Assembly (NCBI GenBank): GCA_964653005.1
Contig: CAZZAN010000002.1
Location: 213,975 to 277,974 of the forward strand
DNA: 64,000 nt
Direction: 5' to 3'
Origin: an uncultured Dehalococcoidia bacterium
Lineage (GTDB): Bacteria > Chloroflexota > Dehalococcoidia > UBA6926
The notes beneath the pieces were generated by a model. That model searched no databases. It was not told the origin of the DNA and worked only from the letters and a program-made list of their open reading frames with translations. A program made the translations under genes and the position numbers. Shown piece after piece: positions 1 through 7,218 of the stretch. Every line of letters begins with the position of its first letter. Position 1 is the stretch's first letter.

Positions 1-264
1 GGCGGGCGCGTGACCCTTTCGGCGGACAGCGGCAACGGCTCCGTGTGGCTCCGCGTCAAAGACACGGGCATCGGGATCTCCCCGGACGACATTTCGATGC
101 TCATGGATCGCGTGGGACAGGGCGATGAGAGCGGGATGCGTGGGAGAGGACTGGGGCTCGCCATCGTGAGGCAGATCGTGGAGGCCCATGATGGTGAGGT
201 GCGCGTCGAGAGCGATGTCGGCGGAGGGTCTACGTTTTCGTTGCGGTTGCCTGTTGCGGGTTGA
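1..264 (+). CDS. sensor histidine kinase, C-terminal HATPase_c fragment (5-prime part outside window)
   Basis: Frame is open from position 1. Text DTGIGI...GRGLGLAIVRQIVEAHDGEVRVESDVGGGSTFSLRLP matches the ATP-lid boxes of histidine kinase catalytic domains. Confidence 0.8.
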   Translation, partial: GGRVTLSADSGNGSVWLRVKDTGIGISPDDISMLMDRVGQGDESGMRGRGLGLAIVRQIVEAHDGEVRVESDVGGGSTFSLRLPVAG

Positions 265-342
265 TGGGGGGAAGGGGAATGACGGCAAGAGAAAAATCCG
301 CTAGAATGGATGGTCTACGAAGACATGAGGTATTAAGTTGTC

Positions 343-1029
343 ATGGAAATCTCCGAACTGGGAACGTGGACTATCGGGTGGAACAGGGATAAAGCCCATC
401 TCTTTGTGGATGGCGAGACCGATGTGGCTCTCTGTGGCAATGCGATGCCACGGGTGAATGACCGCCGGTTGCTTGTGAATCCGAACTGGATGACGTTCGT
501 GTACCTAAACAATGAGGCCTTCTGCTTCCCCTGCGTCAAAGTGACACGGAGGCGCTTGGAAGTAAGGGTTGATGACTTCCAACTGCACTACGCAGATATG
601 TACGGCTGGTCTGACGATCCCAAGGACATCTCCATCATCACAGGGCCCGTTGACCTACGCCGCGGCCAAGATCACCACTACCATCCCCAAGCCGATTTGC
701 CACCCAACTATGTGGAAAAGTACCAGACTCCTGACGGAGTCGGATACTTCTGGACGATCTTTGAAAGGCCGCCAGTCCGGTACGTCGCTGTCGAGAACGT
801 GCCTTCTGACATGGAAGCCGACGCTCAGTGGAGAGAGACTCTAAGGTCTTCACGGGCCGCCGACCTGGGCGATAGCTTCACTGGCCATGCCTTCGAGGAG
901 ATTCCGCATACTGATCTCGCCAGACTCAACAAGGCACAGGCCCGCCAAGTGGACGTGATGCGCTGGCTCTCTTCCCATATGCCCATTTCCAAAACGAAGA
1001 CCGGAGGCAGCGGAAGGAACGGGGTTTAG
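343..1029 (+). CDS. hypothetical protein
   Basis: 228-aa ORF with no recognisable motif. It is convergent with the RM gene. Confidence 0.4.
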   Translation: MEISELGTWTIGWNRDKAHLFVDGETDVALCGNAMPRVNDRRLLVNPNWMTFVYLNNEAFCFPCVKVTRRRLEVRVDDFQLHYADMYGWSDDPKDISIITGPVDLRRGQDHHYHPQADLPPNYVEKYQTPDGVGYFWTIFERPPVRYVAVENVPSDMEADAQWRETLRSSRAADLGDSFTGHAFEEIPHTDLARLNKAQARQVDVMRWLSSHMPISKTKTGGSGRNGV

Positions 1030-1087
1030 CAGTAACCCTCACCCCGGCTTTCTCCTTAGAAGCAGGGGGGATTAGCGGGGTTGTGCT

Positions 1088-4000
1088 CTACCCGCCGCCC
1101 GTCAATAGTAAGATTGCTGCGATGCGGCGGACGGTGTTGGTGAAGTGTTGGACTTCGTCGGGTTTGAGTGAGCGGCCTAACACCTTGCTCTCGCGGTACG
1201 AGAGCCACTTCTTGAGGACCTGGTAGCCACCCAGTTTGTAGTTCCAGACGGCGTCGGGGACGTTGCGCCAGTAGGCGTCGTCGTTCAGGTAGACATCAAA
1301 GGCCTTCTTGCCGAGAGTGCTTGTGGTTTCACCTATCACGGCGCGTTCCTGAGCGGTGTAGTCGCGTTGTTCGACGCGGCCTTGCCCAGGCATAACGGCC
1401 CCTCCCTGCACCAAGTGTCCCCAGCCGGCCGTTACAAATCGGTCAGCCTCATTCATCTGGTTACCCGTGACAGCCGTAGGAACTCCGATGGCAGCTATCT
1501 CCGGGCGCAATGGAACTGTGGTAACGCCGTCGACGGAGGTGTCCGAGTCAAGCAGGACGGCAAGTTGTCGGCCTTTGGCGGCAGATTCCCTGAGTTTGTC
1601 TGCCGCACCATCCTCATCGCCGTCCGGCCAACCGGGCAGTGGGATACGCGGCCATTCCATCCGCAGCGCGCCAGCGTTTTGCTCTCGATAGGCAGGATCA
1701 TGGAGCACGGCGAGCGTGTGGTAAAAGAGGTCTTCGACGCCCATACCAAGCTTGTCGAGATAAGCCTGAGCCTCATGGGTCAGATTGGGTCGGGCAGGAG
1801 TCCCATTAATGTCATGTGTGCTGAGCATGTCGTCGCGGAGCCATAGTGGAAACATGCTAGAGCCCCACTCATTGAGATGAAGCGACGCGAGATGTGACGT
1901 AAGAGCAGACTGTGACTCAGCAGCGCTTCTCCTTATGCGAGGAACAGTTGAGAACCATATGTTGCCTTCAAAAGCATGAGGTTTATATTCGGGGCGCTTT
2001 TCATCAAGCAGTTTTGTCTCCGCTTCCCAGTAGAGCCAGCGATTATCAAAAGGCCGATAAGCGTAGGGAACAAGTCCTGACCTTGTTTGGGGGTTGCTAC
2101 GGCTATGCAGAGCCGAGCGTACACCTCGTGCGTCGAATCGTGATGCGTGCCGCATCACTGCCGGATAGCGACGCCCAATCTCTTCATCGCTTATCTCAGG
2201 ATCGAAGTACTCGGCGATTCGTTTACGCAGTTGATCTTCGTCAATATCTACCAAGAACGAATCACGGCTCGTCTTGACGCCAGGGAACGACTCCGAGAAC
2301 AACTCCGGCAACGCAGGCCAATTACTCCAATTGTCGCTGACGGTCATTGGGGCGAACGGTAGGCCAAGTGCCACATCCGGCTGGAAGTTGTCATACAGCT
2401 CGTCAGGTTCCGAGTCAGCCGTCTTTGTAAGTTCAGCAGGCTTGGCAACACCCCAGAGTTGGCGGATTCCGACTGTGTCCGTCGGCTTGTGGTCGCGCTT
2501 GCGGATGAGGGTGGCGACAGCCGTGCCAACCTGGATGCCGACCGGATCCTCAGGAGTGGAAAAGATGCTGGGGTCAGGTTTGCCATCCGGCGTCGTCTTG
2601 CCGGTCCTGAACTTGTCCCCGTTGAGGCTGTCAATGTGGATGGCATCAAAGGCCTCAAGGAATCTCTCTCTCATGCCGGTGAACGAGAGGCCGTCCAGCC
2701 ATGAATAGTTGGAGATGAAGCACACGACGCCCTGCCCTGTTTTCTCCGCGATGCGCCGCTCCGCCATGCGGAAGAAACGGACATAGAGCTCGTTCAGCCC
2801 CTGTCCTTCCGGACGCCGCACATTTTTGACGGTCCGGTAGGCGTTTGAAAGCTCGCGCTCCTCTCCCACGGCCATCCCGGCATAGCCGTTGTAGGGGGGA
2901 TTGCCGAGGATTACGAGGATCGGCGTCTCCTGTTTCACCGTGTCCGCGCGGTCGCGCTCCTCCTCCAGTTCCAGGAACGGCAATGGTTTCTTCTCTTCGG
3001 ACCTTGGCTCCCAGCCGGTGAGGGCGTTGGTGAGGAATATGCCAGTGCGCTCCGTTCCATCATCCGAGAATGGTGCTTCGAGATTTGACATGGTGAGGCC
3101 AACCTGCAAGTGGGCGACGACAAACGGGGCGGGCATGATCTCGAATCCGAAAACACGCTCCGTAGCAGCCTTTTTGACCAGAGCGCCAAGATTCGCGCCT
3201 ACGCCACGCCGTTTAAGGTTGGCATAGATGCGCCGCAGCACTTCCGCAACATATGCGCCCGTGCCACAGCACGGATCGAGCACGTAGACGTTGTCAGCAG
3301 CCAGGCCGTCCGCGATGCCAAGGTCATCCTTGAGGGCGCGATCCACACGGGCAACCATGTAGCGCACGACCTCCGGCGGGGTATACCAGACGCCAAGCTG
3401 CTTGCGGAGAGCGGGATCGAACTCCTGCAAGAACGGCTCATAGAAGTACTGGACGGCTTCGCCCTCGCTGAAACGGTCGAAGAACTCGTCTCGCCTCACA
3501 CGATTCAGCGCAGCGGCCGTCCAGTCCATTAGCTCGACAAGGCCGAGGCTCTGAAGCTGGCGGGGGTTAGAAAGCTGCTGGAATAGCGCTTGCAGCACGG
3601 GCACATGGAGCAGCCATCCGGTCTCGTGCCAATTGAAGGTTTCGTTGGGTCCCGGCGATCGGCGCGCCCAGATTACCCACGCGGAGAAGACTCCGTAGAA
3701 GAGGGTCTGAACCAACGTCGAGCGAAAGAAGGCCGCGCCCCGGTCTCCTTCGAAGCGTACACCCAGGGCATCCTCCAAGGCGGAACGCACGGCGCTGAGA
3801 GACGGCGCGTCTCCGGTGGCCTCAACTCTTGCTAGCCCATCCCTAGCATAGGAGGCAAGGAGGTGCGCAAGGTCCCGGGGTTCGGTAATCGAGGCGCGGT
3901 AGGAAAGTACGCGTATCAGATATTCCCCAAGACGAACCCCCATGCGGTTGGCGAAGGCGCGGGGCGTTTCGAGCAGCCGCTCAAATTCTTCTTGCGATTC

Positions 4001-4450
4001 GGCGAGTTGCAGGGATTCCAGTTCGACCGGCTCAACCCCACCATCTTCGTCGAGAAGGACAAATTCGCGCATGTTCGTGACAAGAACAAGGCGGAAGCGG
4101 TTCCAGTATTTGCTGACCTGCGCACTATCCGCAGTCAGCCATGCGTCATCCGTCCAGGGCTTGACCTCAACGACGCCGTGCTCCGGGATTTGTCCCCCAC
4201 GCGGTTTGCTGCGCTGAATCTGGTTTGCGGAGTAGAGGCCGAAATCGGGGTGGCCCGAGCCGTCCATATCCCTGATGTCCTGTACGGCGAAGACCTTTGG
4301 GCGCAGGGTTTTGCCGACGGCATTCAGCAGATTGTTGAGCGCCGTGTAGTATGAACGCTCCTTCGTCGCCCCGGGCGAGTCATGGATGTTGCGAAGGTTT
4401 GTGAAGTACAGCTCGGCGGCGGCACGGAGTTTGAGGGTGTCGGCAGGCAT
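1088..4450 (-). CDS. MmeI-family (type IIL/IIG) fused restriction endonuclease / N6-adenine DNA methyltransferase
   Basis: N-terminal PD...ExK pattern (GHPDFGLYS...GVVEVKPW, then FRLVLVTNMREF), arranged as in MmeI. Methylase motifs: GVWYTPPEVVRYMV, motif I VLDPCCGTGAY, motif IV LGNPPYNGY. C-terminal GGYQVLKKWLSYRE resembles type ISP/IIG specificity domains. No helicase domain. Confidence 0.8.
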   Translation of the reverse strand: MPADTLKLRAAAELYFTNLRNIHDSPGATKERSYYTALNNLLNAVGKTLRPKVFAVQDIRDMDGSGHPDFGLYSANQIQRSKPRGGQIPEHGVVEVKPWTDDAWLTADSAQVSKYWNRFRLVLVTNMREFVLLDEDGGVEPVELESLQLAESQEEFERLLETPRAFANRMGVRLGEYLIRVLSYRASITEPRDLAHLLASYARDGLARVEATGDAPSLSAVRSALEDALGVRFEGDRGAAFFRSTLVQTLFYGVFSAWVIWARRSPGPNETFNWHETGWLLHVPVLQALFQQLSNPRQLQSLGLVELMDWTAAALNRVRRDEFFDRFSEGEAVQYFYEPFLQEFDPALRKQLGVWYTPPEVVRYMVARVDRALKDDLGIADGLAADNVYVLDPCCGTGAYVAEVLRRIYANLKRRGVGANLGALVKKAATERVFGFEIMPAPFVVAHLQVGLTMSNLEAPFSDDGTERTGIFLTNALTGWEPRSEEKKPLPFLELEEERDRADTVKQETPILVILGNPPYNGYAGMAVGEERELSNAYRTVKNVRRPEGQGLNELYVRFFRMAERRIAEKTGQGVVCFISNYSWLDGLSFTGMRERFLEAFDAIHIDSLNGDKFRTGKTTPDGKPDPSIFSTPEDPVGIQVGTAVATLIRKRDHKPTDTVGIRQLWGVAKPAELTKTADSEPDELYDNFQPDVALGLPFAPMTVSDNWSNWPALPELFSESFPGVKTSRDSFLVDIDEDQLRKRIAEYFDPEISDEEIGRRYPAVMRHASRFDARGVRSALHSRSNPQTRSGLVPYAYRPFDNRWLYWEAETKLLDEKRPEYKPHAFEGNIWFSTVPRIRRSAAESQSALTSHLASLHLNEWGSSMFPLWLRDDMLSTHDINGTPARPNLTHEAQAYLDKLGMGVEDLFYHTLAVLHDPAYREQNAGALRMEWPRIPLPGWPDGDEDGAADKLRESAAKGRQLAVLLDSDTSVDGVTTVPLRPEIAAIGVPTAVTGNQMNEADRFVTAGWGHLVQGGAVMPGQGRVEQRDYTAQERAVIGETTSTLGKKAFDVYLNDDAYWRNVPDAVWNYKLGGYQVLKKWLSYRESKVLGRSLKPDEVQHFTNTVRRIAAILLLTGGG

Positions 4451-4506
4451 GGGTCTACGTTAGCAGTACAGGCAGTGGCTGTGTTCGAAGAGCGGTTGGC
4501 GAGTCC
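4448..4506. repeat. ~59-nt leader repeat, copy 1 (abuts the ATG of the RM gene)
   Basis: catgggTctacgttagcag...ggctgtg...agagcg.tt.gcgagt is about 80 percent identical to 17296-17354. Confidence 0.7.
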
Positions 4507-4508
4507 CT

Positions 4509-4994
4509 TCAGCCCTTAATGGCGTTGTTCAACAGACTTCCGCAACTGACTGCCTTTATTGGAACCTCTTGTGACCTATATCGCACCTTGCTGGCTCGGA
4601 GATCATTTATCTCCTTCCGATGACCGCCGCTGTGGGCAACAATTGGACGGAATGCAATCTCTCGACCCCGAGAGACTAAGCTGGACACGATCTCTGCGCC
4701 TGCTTGGAGTTGCCTTACCACGACGCTAGCGTCTAACCTGCCTGCCTTTAGTTCGATAGCCGCGACCCAATTCTTGTCAGCGAAGAATAGGAAGTCGCAT
4801 TTGGTGTCTTGAGGCCCTACTGGTGCACCCTCACGGTCTAGATCGAGAATCAGGCGTGATGCCGGCGCCGAATTTAGCCTTAGGGAGCACCCGCCCTTTC
4901 GGAGGCGTGTAACGAGACACGCAGACTGTCCGCGCAAGCGTAACTCATCGTTGACGTCTGCAACCAGATCAGCCATCCAACCCGATCTCGTCAA
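4509..4994 (-). CDS. small predicted PD-(D/E)xK nuclease-fold protein
   Basis: 161-aa ORF overlapping the ATPase stop by 26 nt (8 nt if the start is M7 at 4976). Pattern LILDLD...KCDFLFFADKNWVAAIELKAG resembles a D...D...ExK restriction-endonuclease core. Confidence 0.45.
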   Translation of the reverse strand: MTRSGWMADLVADVNDELRLRGQSACLVTRLRKGGCSLRLNSAPASRLILDLDREGAPVGPQDTKCDFLFFADKNWVAAIELKAGRLDASVVVRQLQAGAEIVSSLVSRGREIAFRPIVAHSGGHRKEINDLRASKVRYRSQEVPIKAVSCGSLLNNAIKG

Positions 4995-6564
4995 TTCGTT
5001 GGTTGATTGTCACCCAGCGGTCATAAAGATCCTCGGTCACAAGGCCATAGCCCGCCTGATATGAACCTCTCTGGATGTCCAGGGGCATTTCGGTCACGTG
5101 AGACCCACCTGCACCTGTACCAGGCTCAAAAAGCCACGCACCCACTTGTTCAGGGCTCAGTGCGGCCTCCGCTCCTAGGATTCCTTCACGACTCTCGTCT
5201 GAAAGTTCCGATAGACGAACGAGGTTTGCCAGTTCTTCCAATACCCACTCACTGTGGGTTGTGAGTATGATCCGGACGCCCTGCTTTACCGTTAGTGCCA
5301 GCTGACGCAGGAATTCCACCTGTATGGCCGGGTGTAAGTGGGCTTCCGGTTCCTCAATAATCAGGACCTCGCCTTGATGCACGACATTACGCAAATAGAG
5401 GACAATTGGTGCTAATTCTGCCACCATTGACGAAACCGACATCAATGGCAGGTCTCGTCTCCATCCGGTCGGTCTGTAGGAATAAACAGGATAGCCCGTC
5501 GTGGATTCCTCTCTTTGAACTGTGCCCCCAAGAATCTCTTTCTGTAGTTTGGCCGTCATCTTGGCTTGTGATTCGGAAAACGTTGCATCACGTCGACCGC
5601 CCTTCTGAGGAGGGGTATCTTCCATGTAGAGGAGTTCCTCAAGGAAATCCGCCAAGACACCCGACAAAGTCGGCAACGCAGCTTCCCTGTCTATTCCGCC
5701 GCGTGAGGCCCTTCTATAGAGAGAGCTGACAACCACACGATGGGCATGCATGACCCCAGCTCGGTCCGCAGGCAGATAGTATGCGTTCTGAGTAATGGGA
5801 TCAAATACACGCGACCCAACCATGTTGGTCAGCTCCGCCAAATAACGTCTCAACAGGATAGGGTTCTCTAAATCATCGTCTCGCCTCAAGCGTCTCAATG
5901 ACAGAGACTGGAAGGCTGGCGATTCGCTGAGGTCACTCGTTCCGAGGGGAGCTGGCATGCCGGACGGGGTGTCAGGCACTGATGCGGACATCTCAACGCT
6001 GTCATCTGATAGAACGATTTCGTAAGAGAATCCGTCATCAACTGCGTTCGAGTCCCAGAAGGAGCGCCTCACTTGAACTCGTGCATCCCCTTTGGCCCTG
6101 TGTCTCTTGAGATTACTTGCCTCGTCAACTCCAAAGACGCGGGCTACTTCCGCCTCAATCTCATCGCTCAGTATTGTCAAACGCTCCAAATTGGGCCGTA
6201 CCAGTGATCTGGCAACTCTCTCAGGGACAATGAGCTCCTCAACGTGAGATTCATCTTCGGAAAGCAGTTCCTTGATCATTCGGGAAAGGCCGGCGGTGTC
6301 AGCTATCTCATTAATCGGCGCGGTTCCAAAGATCGAAGACCTCCGAAACCCCGGATAAAGGATTCTCTTCTCAAATCCGCCGCTAAAGAACTTGTGGAGG
6401 GCATAAATCAGAATTGCCAGGTAGGACTTGCCGGTATTGCTTGGGCCAACGAAAACGGTCAAAGGACGTAGGTCAACATTCGCGTCCTCAATTGGGCCAA
6501 AGTCGGACACGTTAATCTCAAGATTCCTGAACTCTGTCGAATTCATCTCTCTCTCGATGCTCAT
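4969..6564 (-). CDS. ABC/OLD-type (AAA_15/AAA_21-like) ATPase
   Basis: Walker A VFVGPSNTGKSYL. Walker B/D-loop region LIIEEPEAHLHPAIQ...ILTTHSEWVLEEL is typical of OLD/PtuA/AriA-like ATPases. No TOPRIM-like C-terminus seen. Confidence 0.75.
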   Translation of the reverse strand: MSIEREMNSTEFRNLEINVSDFGPIEDANVDLRPLTVFVGPSNTGKSYLAILIYALHKFFSGGFEKRILYPGFRRSSIFGTAPINEIADTAGLSRMIKELLSEDESHVEELIVPERVARSLVRPNLERLTILSDEIEAEVARVFGVDEASNLKRHRAKGDARVQVRRSFWDSNAVDDGFSYEIVLSDDSVEMSASVPDTPSGMPAPLGTSDLSESPAFQSLSLRRLRRDDDLENPILLRRYLAELTNMVGSRVFDPITQNAYYLPADRAGVMHAHRVVVSSLYRRASRGGIDREAALPTLSGVLADFLEELLYMEDTPPQKGGRRDATFSESQAKMTAKLQKEILGGTVQREESTTGYPVYSYRPTGWRRDLPLMSVSSMVAELAPIVLYLRNVVHQGEVLIIEEPEAHLHPAIQVEFLRQLALTVKQGVRIILTTHSEWVLEELANLVRLSELSDESREGILGAEAALSPEQVGAWLFEPGTGAGGSHVTEMPLDIQRGSYQAGYGLVTEDLYDRWVTINQRIDEIGLDG

Positions 6565-6807
6565 GCGGTCATTATAGGGTAGCAGGCATACGCTCGACAG
6601 CTACGTTTCTCAGGTTGGGGAAGCGGGAGAATCGATTGCCGCAAGCCCTGTTATGCAGGTCTTGACTGGTGCATTGTGGAGTATCCCTACTCCCGTTGTG
6701 GAAAGGTCGCTCGTGCTTGTCGAGGTCAACGCGCTTGTCCTTTCGCCTTCAATAAGCGAAGCGCGGCCCACTGACGGAATCAGTGGGCCGCGCGCCGATG
6801 AAATGTC

Positions 6808-7173
6808 CTACGCCGCCGCGGCATCCCCCCGCTGCATCAGCAGTGCCGAGCAGTCCCGCTGGATGACGTGGTGGACGTAGGTCTGGCCGGAGCCATCGTA
6901 GCCTGTACGGTAGGCAAATTCTACGTTCGCGCCGTGCGGCATGCGGCCACCAATACGGGCGGTCTGGCCGTTGTTCTCGCGCACGACCATCCCGGTGCGC
7001 TCTCCCTTTCGCCAGCCCAACACCTTGACCTCGGCTGGCATCACGCGCAGCTCGGCCTTCGACGGCTGGAACAGCACGGCGTGCAGCTTCCTGAGCACCG
7101 TGGGCGACGCTCTGCGCTGGCCGGACACGATCTGCGACATGTGCGCCGTACTGATGCCAGCGCGTCGCGCCAC
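6808..7173 (-). CDS. short XRE-like paralog: partial HTH plus conserved C-terminal domain
   Basis: 121 aa with a GTG start. Nearly identical over ~110 aa to the C-terminal third of the 12320-13168 product. The HTH looks N-terminally truncated. Confidence 0.55.
   Translation of the reverse strand: MARRAGISTAHMSQIVSGQRRASPTVLRKLHAVLFQPSKAELRVMPAEVKVLGWRKGERTGMVVRENNGQTARIGGRMPHGANVEFAYRTGYDGSGQTYVHHVIQRDCSALLMQRGDAAAA
6832..7171. repeat. ~340-bp direct repeat, left copy (3-prime part of XRE gene)
   Basis: Aligns by eye with 12339-12677 at roughly 90 percent nucleotide identity. Confidence 0.85.
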
Positions 7174-7218
7174 TTCATTCTGGGCTGTGCTAGCGGGCTC
7201 TGGTGGTCTGGTAGCACA

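Noticed and set aside
1088-4450. BREX PglX methyltransferase
   Set aside because: No PglZ, BrxC, BrxL, BrxA or BrxB genes nearby. The N-terminus retains an apparent PD-ExK nuclease core like MmeI.
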